From contig NW_027272270.1 of assembly GCF_040938485.1 (NCBI RefSeq), positions 124,001 through 188,000 of the forward strand: a DNA stretch of 64,000 bases, written 5' to 3'. Below the pieces are notes generated by a model. It ran no database searches and was not told the origin of the DNA. It worked only from the letters and a program-made list of their open reading frames with translations. Origin of the DNA: Diadema antillarum (Eukaryota). The translations under genes were made by a program, and so were the position numbers. This document shows, in pieces, positions 1 through 13,800 of the stretch. The stretch's first letter is position 1, and each line of letters starts with the position of its first letter.

Positions 1-1758
1 AAACTCCAAGGAAGTCGAGACCTAAAATGTAGAATAATCGCAAAGTTGACGAAAATAAAAAGTCCCAACTTACGTGCAAAGGCTTTTGTGTGTTATTTCT
101 CTCTACACGCAGAAGTCGAATATTGCTTAATTAAGTGGACACATTTTCTTCAGTACCCTCAAGATCAACTGATGCAGAGTTGACTGTATGTCATAATTTG
201 TATATGAAATCCATAGAATGCCCTAAAATGTAAAACAAGACTAATTTCAACTTATCAACTTGTCTGTGGCATATGTGCTAGAATGGCATTTTGCATTTTT
301 CAGGTTATGATATTTGAATTGACGAAAGGTCATCCAAACTTACACACACAGGCAGCCAAGCTGGTGATGGTCAGCAGTCAAGATTACCTTTATAGCCCTC
401 GTCCAGTGTGAGATCACTATTCATTATTTGGCTGTACTACTATCTGAACCCACTGCTAGTAGGTGTGCTGGGCCGCTGGGCCCCTGTCAGCCCAAGCGGT
501 ATAGCTCTTCTCATTCCTCGTGATTCGCAGGTTGTCAAATACTAGTGCGTCAGGTGGTCAAATGATAGCTCTTGTAGATGTGCGCATGGCTGCCTGATAC
601 TGGTCATTAAGAAGGTTTTGGCAGCTTGTATGTGTTATGTTGTAAGATTGCCTGCACGTGGAGTGCTTACTGTCTCATTCGACCATTGCTTCAGTGTCAT
701 CCCCTCCCTACCTCTTTCTTACATTGTCCTCTAGTAGAACCATTGTAGAGAGAAATGTTTGCTGAATAAGGCACAGTGCACTCACATGATATTCCCCCAT
801 CATGAAGACAAAGAATGCAGGTTTCTGTAGATGCATTTGAAGAGATGATACATTGTTCATTTTCTCTGCAGTCTAGTGAGATCATGTGATCATGTGTTCT
901 ATTCTATTTGGTCGATTGAGGTGATCCCAGTACAATAGGCAAGATGAAGGAGAAAAACTAGTAACATAAGTTGTCTACTATGTACCATTTTGTCCTCCAC
1001 GACTTTGCTTCTAATTGGCCCAGAAATAAGATAATGGGTATGGATATGACACATATTCTTGATTGTTCTATTACTTTCTATACTTCTACACGTATTACAG
1101 CAAAGGGATAATGTATCATATCTTATGTGCGGTATAAAAATTGTCATTACATCATTACTATGAGCATTTATCTTTTTTTTCAACAAGTGCAGTTACATCT
1201 TTCTTACATCGACTTGTGTACATGACTCCAAGCACATACATAGCAGCTCCTATGTACTCTCCTGGCAGGCAGATGTTTATGTTGGACCTTTGCTGCTAAG
1301 TTCTGAATTAACGTCTCATTTCCAACATTTTTCATGAGAATAGGCTTCTGTGAGATATCAAAATATTCACGCAACGGAGATCCTACCTCGATATTGAGTT
1401 TGCTTGCAGGCAGTACAGTACAAGTGTAATCACAATTTCGAATTCTAAGATACGATTCACTTTTAGTTTAATAATAAGAACATATTTAAAAAAATATGAA
1501 AACTTACTTGTCCCCGTTTTGAACACGGCAGTGGCACTGTTAGTGGAAAATCGTAACTCATCTCCGAGAATCTGGGTGCCGAGGTTTTCTTGCTGTTTGG
1601 GGGCGAGCTGGTTGAGCTCCACTATTTTGTGACAGGTCTGATGGTGGTGTGAGGTTGGTGTGACTGTGCAAGATGGGCCGTGTTTGTGTGCATCTCCATA
1701 CAATTGTACATATACAATCCTACAGGGGTACAGCTTTCCCTTTCCTGCAGATGGGATA

Positions 1759-2287
1759 CTGTATACGCTATAATTTTCGCGTACATAAATTTTCGCGAAT
1801 TGCCGCTGTCACACATTCTCGCGAGTGGTTAAATTCACGATTGGGGAACCAGAGAAAATATGAAGTGGCAAAGAAAGTGTGAATTTTCAACTTACTAGCA
1901 AATAAGAATGATACTAGTCTAGTTGTACACTGCATGAAAAATACTTTACCAAACTCTGCAAACTAGTAAGTTAGAATTCAACATTTTTGAAGTGGTTAAG
2001 TCCATCGCGCTAGATTTCTGACGAGTGGTCCCCTTGCGATAATGGATTGGCTCTCTACAGTATTCGTAAGTAGACGTGGACGTGCTATATGTACGTAAAC
2101 AAGCTTAGCCAGCATGGTCTGTTCGGTAAGTCATGACATGGTATACTAGTACTGAAATGTTCGTATCATCAAGGCAAGGGATTCATTTTAGAAGGTAATA
2201 TTTTCATGTGTTGTTAATTTCGCGAATAGCTCCAGACTCGCGAAATTCGCGAAAATAAAACCCCTGCGAAATATATAGCGTATACAG
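1759..2287. mobile_element. TA-flanked MITE, family 1, copy 1
   Basis: Terminal inverted repeats CTGTATACGCTATA…TATAGCGTATACAG with TA on both sides; a colinear copy lies at 11739-12255. Confidence 0.85.
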
Positions 2288-2338
2288 TATACATTGTATT
2301 TACCAAGCCATGTTTTCACCTTGTACAATTGCCACATA

Positions 2339-2522
2339 CAGTGGACTCCCGCTTTAACGAAGTGCTCGGGTTTGGTAGTTTTCTTTCGTTACATCAAAAT
2401 TTCGTTATAACCGAACAAACAAACAATAAAGAACATAGAGCTCATAATGTTGGAGCCTAAATTTTGACTTCGTTGTAACCGGAATTTTGTTATAGCCGTG
2501 TTCGTTATAATGGAGTCCACTG
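2339..2522. mobile_element. pogo/Tigger-like MITE
   Basis: TA|CAGTGGACTCC…GGAGTCCACTG|TA. Confidence 0.8.
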
Positions 2523-3913
2523 TATCTTCCCTTTTCTGCCAGGTCTCCACGACAAAGAGGAAATGGAACTGCACATGGGCATGTGTGATGTTTGGAAGCG
2601 TGCCTCATCCCATGTGCCAGTGTATATTAATCACATTTACTGTGTCCAGAAATTTGTGCATGACTTGCTTGTAACAATGAGAACTCAATGGAACTTTCAA
2701 TCTCAGCCAAGAGGTTTCTCTGCCGTGGACATGATCACTTCAATATGTCTGCGATAATTTCTATAATATAATTTTGTAATTAATTAATAATACTTATAAT
2801 TATTGTTTTGTCTGCGATTTCGTGTAAACTTTAAAAAAAAAAAAAGAAGAAGAGAGAGTTAAATTCAATGTTGCAGTAATGGGTGCTGCATTCAAACTGT
2901 ACTTGTGTCTCTTAATCAACAAATTTTCTGTGACATTCTGTGGCAAGGCCAATAAAAAAGTGATTCATTTCTTTCCAAGACCAGTAATTGATACTCCTGA
3001 AAATTTGTATCACTGTGTCATGATGAGTACATTCTACAGTGTATTGGAACAAGGAAGTTATGTACAGTTGTATTATACCATGCAAGCTGTACCAGCTCAA
3101 AATTCTGGGAATGAGTGATGGAAATTCGGCCTGGTATGTTCTGGCCATATTTTTACACTTTTTTTTTTTTCTCATAATAAGGCTATGTATGTTTTGCAGT
3201 GGCCTACATGTATGCTTCACAATCAGGAACACACACACACACACACACACGAACAACACTACACATAAATACGCTACACATGGTAATACATGTACATGTA
3301 TATACAATACCTGCCATTTATTGTGTACACTGTACAATTTATGTCATGATTTCACTCTTCTAAAAAATGCTGGGCACATATGAATGTAAAATATTCCAGC
3401 CTTCACAAGTACCATAGCTGAATCATGTTTGTAATAGGACCCTTGCAGTAACTGTCCCTCTGACATATTAGAACATTCATGTTACTTGTATAGCCAGTAT
3501 CCCTCTACTAAATCTTGGATCTTTCATAAAGAGCTACAATGTATTTCCTTCTGGATCAGAAGTACCGGTAGTTGGTGAAAAGGTAGCTCCGTCATATCAC
3601 ACTGATCAAATACAGCACTATTAACTTTAATAGTGTACCAGGAATTAAAAAAAAAAAAAAATGTAATGCAAACTGTGAGTTCCTTCCTGCTTCAAAGGTG
3701 CCCTGAGGACCTGTGCCAATGCACTTATGTTTCTTTCATGGTGTCTATTGCAGGACGGAAAGCATTCAAACACTGAAATGAGGTCAATTCCAAGAAGCAG
3801 TCAGGGAGATGCTCATGTATGGTATTACATGCATCTCATTAGGTGCAAATACATGTAGCACCCAAATCAAGGTGGTTTACAAATTCTCTTGTCAATGGAG
3901 AAGTAGTTCATCT

Positions 3914-4007
3914 TTAACCCTTCAGAGACTAGGTCCTGAGTATACTCCAGCAGATGTCTATGGGAAATGTATGTTACATGAGAATCGGCTCACCCTCAAT
4001 GGGTTAA
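3914..4007. mobile_element. ~90-bp piggyBac-like (TTAA) MITE, copy 1
   Basis: TTAA-CCC…GGG-TTAA; homologous to 11520-11612, 11669-11736 and 15804-15896 (shared GAGTATACTC and CTATGGGAAATG). Confidence 0.75.
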
Positions 4008-6489
4008 GGGAGTGCCCAAGTAACAGAAACTTGGCAGGTCAAGCTGATTGGGACCATGGAATTTTCTCATTTTATTCAGGGATAATAACAGAAGCATGTA
4101 AAAGGAATGGGACCTGCAAAATTACCATGTTATAACAGGAATCTCACCTAGATATACCGGTACGGTACAATGTATTGAAGTCTCACTGTATTTCAAAGCA
4201 TTTTCTTGCACACTGGTGTTCAAATCATACCATACTGACAGAATCAAAGAGATTATCCTGTTCTTCCATAAACATGATTACCTTCTACAAGCATTTCAAA
4301 TATTAACCATTTATTAACTAGAGGTTTCTTGCACTCTCAACCTCTTTTCATAGAAAGAAACAGTTAATTTTGCACTATTACTGGAAATTAAAATGGAAAA
4401 TATGGTGAGACAGGGATGATATCAACTACATGGACAAGCACATTTCCACACACCCCCATCCCATGCATGCACAAGCATACACATAAATATACAACAGTGG
4501 CAACAGTGGTTTACAGACCCTAGAGTGGGTACAGTCATGAGCAATGCAAGTGCTAAAGGCTCAATACATGGTTCTACACACATATTCTGGCACAAAGGCA
4601 CTCTTCCTCACAATGAGATTTGGCCAGTCTACACATAATGCCATTCCATAACATTCTAATAGACTGGTTTGCTAAAACATGCAAATGGTATGTACGCCAT
4701 CAGAACTAAGGTTGGTCCTTACAACCTGAAACCTTGCACAAGGCTTGTTCTAAAAAACGAAAAGAACAAATATTTGCATTACAGGCTGTGATTACTTCCT
4801 CAATCCTATTGGATGGAGTTGTTACATTGGCATAATTGACCTTAACTGACCCACAGCACATCAGTCAATCGCATAAAAGAATTGACAAAGTTTCCTTTTG
4901 CGGTTACATCTGAATATTTCTTTGTTACCCCTTGGACTGTATTGCAATAAGATGATTTCCAACTGGCTGATGGAATCACAAGAGAATATAATCTATAGAC
5001 CACCACACATGAATCTTAGATGTTAATCGGATTAACATTAGATTGGACCTTCCAAAGCTTGCACAAGAAATTTCTAATTCTGTGTCCCCTTCTATTCACC
5101 TTGCTGCTTTGTCTCGCTCATTTCACCCTAGGCTTCAAAATAGATAATACTGGTGTGGCGGCAGTGTTTCAACATGGATCCCTGCTAGACTAAGTACCTC
5201 TATTCAAACCACTGACATTTCATTTTTAGCACAAACAAGCAAAGTCTGTGCAGACTTGTTCCACATAGCCATGTTAAATGAAACCAATGTAGTACAAATT
5301 CTACACTGTTTAATTCCAGTACTTGTAGTTCCCACACCATACTGGAGATTCGCATTGACCGAGTCATATTCCTTACCAGCACATTTACAACATTACTGGG
5401 ACACACAGTGTAACTGCTAAAGGTATTTGAAATGTGCCTTGTCTTTCATAATTCTTCAGTCTTTTCTGCGTAACTTTTCCTCAAAAATATTTTGAACCTG
5501 TAAAGTCAAGGAATACTTTGTGTCAAACAAGTCATGCATTCAGATCTCAAAGATCTTTCAGCTCTTATCAAAATAATCTACATAAGATTACATGTGACTT
5601 TACTCTGCATAACTGTAATAGGTAGTATGAACACATCAACTCTTTTAAGGAAATATTTTTGCTGAGAGAGAGAGAGAGTACAATTACAGATATTCCTGCT
5701 GTAGCTCTCTGTACACAAGATTGCATTGAACGATATGTATCAATTCTGTATTGGGGTATTTGTTCCAAGTTCACAATACCACTGCCATAAACTGGCTGCA
5801 GCTAAGCTGGTAGCTTCACTGCCTGGTAAGCTGAAGGTGTAGTAGGGTTCAAATCACAGGCTGATTCCTTTTTGTCACATGGTCCATCGCTTCATCTATC
5901 ATGATACTGATTATTAATGCAGTCTCTTTTCTGCAGAGCTAATGGCAAAAACACATCTTCTCACAATTCCAGATCATGCGTTTTGCTGATGGAGAAATGT
6001 TATGAATTAATTGCCATAAACTGCAACACTGTCCCCTAAATCTTTGAGGGTTATAGTGCCAATCACACCGATGTGAATTAATTGATCCGAATCTTGAAAT
6101 TTCATCGTAATCTGTATCTCAGGAATTTTTGCCAGCGTTTTTTCCAGTACAAATCTCACTAAATAACGTAATCAGTCTCACTCTCCAAATCACAAGAAAT
6201 TTTGTGATTATTGAGGAATTATCACAATTTTTTGAGAAATAGCACAACAGTTTGCACTGGGGTGAGTGTCTGAATTCAAACCACGCACACAAATACAAGG
6301 GCAAGGGTCCTCATTTGGGTAGATTTCAGGCATGCCTGGTTTGGTTGACAAAATATCGCAATCAACAATAAGCAACATATTTCTCTCCATCTGAATGGGC
6401 GCAAAAGAAAATCATGGTATTTGGATCACACTCAAATTCCTATTACTTTGTCTGTTTACACCCATCTATAATGTATAGCTAGTATCTCA

Positions 6490-7078
6490 CCAACGGAGAC
6501 GTCTCCGCGACATCTCCAACTTATCAGTCACAGCAGTCGCGGAGACGTCTCCAACATAATAATGTCTTGCGGTCTCACCAAGGAGACGTCTCTGAGACGA
6601 GTTATGGCAGGTGCCAAAAAATGTCAAATATGAGGGAGTCATTGCAGGATCACCTGACTTGATCTAGGCAGGATGTCAGCACGCAGATAGGTCACATGGT
6701 TTTTAAGTAGGTCAAACAGCGTCAAATAGAGTCTCCACGACGTCTCCGCGACGTCTCCGCGACCTCTCACCAGTTTTTCTGGTCTCCAGCAGGTCTCGGC
6801 TACGTCTCTGAGACGTCTCTGAGACATCGCGGAGACGTCTCAGCAGTCGCGGATATGATTAGTCTCCGCGACGTCTCCGCGACTGATGGAGACATCTCGG
6901 AGACGTCGCGGAGACTTCGCGAAAAATCGAACATGTTCAAATTTTTTGCGACTAACAGGCGACTAATCGGAGACTCTGTAATTTTCAGAAGACGTCTCGG
7001 AGACGTCGCGGAGACGTCTCTGCAACTAGCAAAATCTAGAGTTGCGAACTAGTCTCAAGCCCGGTGTGATACCCCCTT
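6490..7078. mobile_element. Non-autonomous DNA element (Harbinger-like?) with dense GAGACGTCTC/GACGTCTCCGC subterminal repeats
   Basis: Many copies of an 11-bp motif in both orientations; the right end GTGTGATACCCCCTT looks like a TIR end, but a matching left TIR was not found. Confidence 0.5.
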
Positions 7079-7803
7079 GAGGGCTTGCAGAATTTCATTC
7101 ATCCTTTGATGCAACACAACAGGGAGAATATGCTTAAGCTGAAAAAAGAAAAGCTTATCAAAGGAAATACCTGATCCCATTTAATACTGAATACAGATTT
7201 CCCTCACACCAGGAACCTTTTTGCGCATTCAAAAACATTCAAGTTTTGTGACTACAACCACACTCCCCAACATTCTCCTGTTAATTTTGCTGTGTACATT
7301 TATTTGTAGGAGCAAACAATGAATAAGCCAGAAACTGCACACTTGAATATATAAACTCAAACAGCATTTCTTCCACTTCAACTTCTCAAAAACTTTATAG
7401 CACTCTGCTGATGTGACACTGGGTTTCACATAGTACCTGTTAATCCCATAAAACTGTTATTCAGTACTCGTTAGTTTTATTTGCTTTGCGTGCCTGTTGC
7501 TTGGTTTGTTTTAAATCATCACAGATGTTGACCTGGTAATGGATGCAGGAGTATAAAAGACTACAAAAAACCTAATGATGTCATTGTTAATGATGGCAAA
7601 CCCTGAATACCGACATTTGATTCCGAAGCACTGGAGACGAAATAGGCAAACACTTAAAGTAGGCACATCCTGAAGCACAAACACACCACCAACTACTGGT
7701 ACATCACACGCCTGGTGCGTAGTAACCGTGGTTCGTGACGTACTGGTATCATCGGACACTCTGGAGACTGGTCTCTCTCTCTCTCTCTCCCGCCGACTGT
7801 CTG

Positions 7804-10800
7804 CTACCTGTGGTCTGCCCCCACTGCCTCGGCCACCGAATTGAAGCCGTCCCTCCTGCAAGATCATTAAGGAAGTAATTCAATGTACAGTACATTAGGG
7901 GATGTGAAACAACACAATCACCCCTTGCAATTCAAGTCATCTGCTAGCATGCACATCACATCTATCAGGGCTCCACACTGACATTTCTCTCTGGTGGCCA
8001 TTTCAGGCCACTAAAACCTTTGAATTTCACATTTTGGGGGCCAGAAAAAAAATATAGTGGCCTGAAATAAAAGGAAATATAAAATGTCATTTTCAATTTT
8101 AGCTGCCTGATTGGGCCACCAAAAGATAACCTTTTCAGAAATTTGGCAGCAAAACATCAATTTTTGGTGGCCCCAGGCCATTGGACCATGGCTTATGTCA
8201 AGCCCTGCATATTATGTACCTCACTTGGCAGTCATAGACTTGGCATTCTATTAGTCAGTAAGTAAGTAAGCAAGACCTTGTCTGCATGGCAAGGTTATGA
8301 TTAAAAAGGCTACATCCACGTTTTGGCAAAATTTTGGAAGCTAATGTGTTGATTCATACATGGAAGAATGATACTAATTACATATCTCAACAAAAGGAAG
8401 CATCATAAGATCATGAAATGCAGTATTTCTTTTGTGTACTTTCATAAATACACCATAGTACTGTGTCCATAAAACATTGCCAATGATTATAAGCCACAAT
8501 TAATGCAGCTTCTATAGCAACAACTCAAGCGTTAATGCCTGTAGGGCTGTTGCTTTGCTCTGACCAGCAAAACTGCAACTATTGGAGGTTGCAACTGGCA
8601 ACAGCTGTAAGAACCAGACTCTGATACCAATATGAAACGGGACCTCCAAAAAGAGAAAAATAGCAACAACAACAACAACAACAAATCATACAAGAAATGG
8701 TCATCACTTACTTCAGTAATTCTTCTAGTTCTCTTTTGATTTTGCCAGGAAGAGGAGGACCCTCATATGCAAATGCAGTGTACAGCTGAACTAGAGAGGC
8801 ACCTGCTCTGATCTTCTCATAGGCATGTTGCCCATTGCTTATTCCACCCACTCCGATAATCGGCAATTGACCTTCAATGATGTAAATGAGAGTGTAAACC
8901 ACATTGGTGGAGAGAAATTGAAAGCAATGTCATAAAACACAAAACAGTCTATATACATTTTATCTGGTGTCCTTGTCTATCAGATTTGTTTTAATCAGTT
9001 GACTATAGATGCAACTAGTTAAAAGAAAAGAAAGAAAACACAACAATGACAGCTCTAAGTAAGGCTGTACTACCTCTACCATCAACTAACTGATTCAAAA
9101 ATACTCTCGAAATGTAAAAAGCAGAAGGCTCATCAAATACTTTGTCAAGGCACAATGCTGCATGTCCTCAACACCAATACGGGCAACTAGAAATAAATAT
9201 ATATATTTTTGAAAGTTTTCATTTTCATGTGATTGCCCTGTTTAGTGAAATTCAAATATAACTGATTATCAGTGATAGTGTATGTGTGTGAGCAGACACA
9301 CACATCAGTCATGATAGTACAATAAAATACAAAAGGCATATTTTGGACTGATCTCATCTGATGGATATTGCAAATCACTGCATCTAAGCTATAATGTTAA
9401 CGAAGATATTTGTGTGTCTTCAAAACTTTAACACTGTGCTATTGTCCTGAACAGGCTGCCTCACCTTTTGTCAGTTTGTACATGTCTCCGACTGTTGCCG
9501 TGGATAGCTCCCTAAGAGGGGCGCCACTCAGCCCCCCTGTCTCACCCTTGTGCACTCCTTGGAGTGTGTCGGGTCTGCTGATGGTAGTGTTTGTCACTAT
9601 GATGCCTCCAACTCCATTCTAGAANNNNNNNNNNNNNNNNNNNNNNNNNNNNNNNNNNNNNNNNNNNNNNNNNNNNNNNNNNNNNNNNNNNNNNNNNNNN
9701 NNNNNNNNNNNNNNNNNNNNNNNNNNNNNNNNNNNNNNNNNNNNNNNNNNNNNNNNTCCATTTGCTTAAATTCATAAAAAAATTTTAGTGAGTTAAGGCA
9801 AAATGAGCTTAATAAATGATCCAGTACTAAATAAAAGATGGTGGAAGACTGACATGGAAAGAAAAAAAAAAGAGATATGATATTTAAAGGGAGAGATATG
9901 ACCACATGTACACTGTTATATAAATGTAGAAATATATAAACTACAATATCTGAATTGCTTTGAATTGTCAAACAAAATATATATGTAGACAAACCTAAAA
10001 CATTCACCAAGTTTGAAGAGCTGCAAAAGACCTGTTCAAAATACACAGCATTTGACACTGCGCTCACCAAGATGGCTAATTGTCTCAGAGATGCAGTTGA
10101 AGAAAGGACAACTGATAACCAGCTCTCCTCAATAGATGCAGTTCTTGTTGAATGATATCAAGTCACTCATTACTCAAAATCATCCGTCACACCCTCAAAT
10201 GGTATGGCAATCTCCCCTCCATCCCAATCCCCTTCACCCCCATCACCTTCTTGTCCATGACAACGGCTGCAATGTCCTCCTTATCCTTCTCTGAGAGGTC
10301 GGGAGAGATCTTCACCACGACAGGTGGCTTGGGTGAGCAGGGGAGAATGTCTCTGGCAGCCACCACCTGTACAGAACCAATAAGACATTGACACACGATG
10401 CTGCTCATCAATTTATGATGGAGAACTGAAATCAATCAATCATCTACACTTAACACGCCAGTCACACTGTGAGATTACACTGCCCAATACCTTCAGTACA
10501 AAGCATCAGACACTGTGTAATGCACTCCAGCTGCTCACTCTGTTTGTGTAACCTTAGCCTTCTGGGAACAACAATAGTGTTGCTATTAGAGACATGCAGA
10601 TTTCTCCTGGAGCATAGGTACAAACAGATTCTGAGAACCATCAAAGTTTTCTCTGATTCTTTTACTGTACGGTAGGCTACATCATTATTATACATAATAG
10701 ATACACAAGCATGATCAAGTTATTACTAGATAACAATTTGGAAAGTAGACAAAGATCTTGGGCTCTGAAGCTGAAAAAAAATCAAAACAAACAGACTTAG

Positions 10801-13800
10801 CTGAGATTAATGAGATTTCAACCCCATCATATGGTTTTAACTTTATGATACCAACTGTTCATGTTTTTGACAAACGTCTTAAAAAAAATTGGAATGTAAA
10901 CTTAAAGTTTTGTTGTGGACCAATCACAATTTCTATAAAGAAAAATGGCAAAGCATTTAAGTGGATATTTGATTAATCTCACCTCATCAAAAATGATGCA
11001 TCCTTGTCAACAAGATGCTCCTGGATCTTGCGGATTGACAAGGTGTATTTTTTTCAAAACTTATGTCAGCTACCACGCAACATAAAGTTCTGAGACTGGT
11101 CCAAAACTAGGTAAAAATTCCAACAGTACTAAGAGGAATGACTATCTCAGTAGCGGATCCAGGCAGGGGTGCATTGGGTCCCCGACCGACCTCTTTATTT
11201 TTTTAAAACAAAAGAAATAAAAAGGAAAAAAATGGAGGTGCCCTCTCCCTTTACAGAATTCCTGGATACGCCCCTGTATCTGTCATCCGTACCTGCTTTA
11301 CGAGTTGCTCTAGCTGCTGTCTTCCCTGCATGGACCTCAGGCCAGGGGTGTTGGGACTGGACACGTTGATGACCAGGAAGTCTCCAAAGCAACCCAGTTT
11401 CCTGACCCCTTTCACGTAGTCCTCGACCGCATCCAGCGAGGTCTTGTTCTTCCCGAGATTAACTCCCACGATGCCCTTTTCAGCTGGATACATTTGGATT
11501 TAAGATGCATGAAGAAAGATTAACCCATTGAGGATGAGTCCCGAGTATACTCGGGCAAGCGTCTATGTGAAATGCGTGTTGTAGCAAAATCAAATCGTCC
11601 TCAACGGGTTAACATGAACATTATGGTTAACTCTAAGGACTCCCTTTTCCCCAGGATAGAGATTTATGTTAACCCATTGAGGACAGGCTGATTTTGCTAC
11701 AATACGCATTTCCCATAGACACTTGACATATAAACATACTGTATACGCTATAATTTTCGCGTACATAAATTTTCGCGAATTGCCGCTGTCACACATTTTT
11801 GCGAGTGGTTAAATTCGCCATTGGGGGACCAGAGAAAATATGAAGTGGCAAAGAAAGTGTGAAGTTTCAACTTACTAGCAAATAAGAATGATACTAGTTA
11901 TACACTGCATGAAAAAAACTGACCAAACTCTGCGAACTAGTAAGTTAGAATTCAACATTTTTGAAGTGGTTAAGTCCATCACGCTAAATTTCTGATGAGT
12001 GGTCCCCTTGCGATAATGGATTGGCTCTCTACAGTATTCGTAAGTAGACGTGGACGTGCGTGACGGAAAACAAGGTTAGCCAGTATGGTCTGTTCGGTAA
12101 GCCGTGACATGGCATAGGCCTACTAGCACTGAAATATTCGTGTCATCAAGGCAAGGGATTCATTTTGGAAGGTAATATTTTCGCGTGTTGTTAATAGCTC
12201 CCGACTCGCGAAATTCGCGAAAATGAAACCCCCGCGAAATATATAGCGTATACAGTAGATATAGGTGAACTCCAACAATGCCCTCTCCCTCTGGATTGTT
12301 ATATAAAATATGCATAACAAAAGATTAATGCACATGGATTTCTGAAGTACTGCTGTAATGCAAAATGGACACACTATCGATTTGAATCATCCACATGAAA
12401 ATTGTCCTCAGTCATATTCTTCATGCCTATCTGATTTCTTTGTTTTGTTTTGTTTTGTTTTTTTTAAACAGTCACATATGTAAATGACACACCTTTCATA
12501 GTAAAGGGTTTCCCACTTACAGTTTTGAAGCTCCTTCAATTTACCACACTGACTGTACTTTTGTCTACCTAACCATCTACATCAGAAATCAATCAGTGTA
12601 CTCTTACTTGAACTGGTACAAACATTTACAACAAAAGTACTGACATAGAGATACATAGATCAGCTGTGTGAGAGAAGGAGAGAGAAAAAGAGGGAAAGAA
12701 AGTGAAAGAAGAAAGGAAAGTTCAACATGATTACAACATTACTGAGCGCTACAGAAATTCCCCGAAGGTTAGCAATCCTTAACCACAGGGCCAATTATAC
12801 TTGAGCACATGACTTTACCCTGGGACATATTAAAACTAATGCAAGGATACGAGTGACATAACAATGCCCTGTTACAGGAAATTGTTATCAATCTCTCTGG
12901 CTTCACACTATCAACAAACTCTAACAATGGAACTTGCAAAGGTCACGAGGAACTATCTCCATAATTCCACCTTGCAGCTGAACAAAGTCCACAATGAATT
13001 TTACTGATGGTAAGTGTCTGCACAGAAACTTGCCATCTCACACTGAATGACTAACTCTACCTGGTATGTTTCTATCTATACACACAAAAATGACACACAA
13101 AAACAAAAACAAAATTAAGATTTAAAAGCATTAGTGCTGCATAATGATAGACTGAAATCTATTTATATTTTGCTAATAATCAGGAAATTACCTTGGGTTT
13201 TATCAGAGACTTGTTTTAGTCTTCTCAAGAGCCTTTCATGCACCACATCGTGTCCAACACTATTAAAACCATACCTGTAATTAAAGAAACACACATTCTC
13301 AAAGTTAAAGGTAAAACACCAATAATAAGACAAGTGATCGCAACAAATAATACACGTCTCATGCAAATACAAATCACTGCCAATATTTCCTCTCACTATT
13401 TGTAGATGGGCATCTGTGAATTTCCCCTACTGAGGTACTGAGGTAGCATTTAAATGTTTTGTTATGATGCAATATTTAGAATTAACTAGAAATGTCGCTA
13501 CAGCGACTGGTTATACCCCCGTCAAACAACATTTCATAAGCTTTGGTCAAAACAACATTTGATAAGCTTTGGTCAAAAAACTGAGGAAGTAGTTAAATCC
13601 GCAAGATCTTTCCTTGATCTTCTGCCATTAATATGCCGTTACCATGGCAACGTACTTTCGGGTACTGTCGAAAAATGCGTCTTGCACATCTACAACCAAA
13701 GGCACACGTCTGTACCAAGTTTCATGGAAATTGGGCAAAAACTGAGGAAGTAGTTTGCAACACAAAATTTTCCATCATTTTGGCTCATAATATGTGAGCT

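Noticed and set aside
418-710. Protein-like minus-strand frame (…HSTCRQSYN…PPDALVFDNLRITRNEKSYTAWADRG…) as a decayed transposase
   Set aside because: Three internal stops in about 96 codons is what random sequence gives; the motif resemblance is too short to support a call.
2543-2757. Strong plus-strand acceptor (TATCTTCCCTTTTCTGCCAG) as the last exon of an upstream gene
   Set aside because: No recognisable peptide in any frame and no convincing upstream partner exon in the window.
5795-5875. tRNA-like A/B boxes (AGCTAAGCTGGTAG…GGTTCAAATC)
   Set aside because: No cloverleaf pairing; at most a very decayed SINE head.
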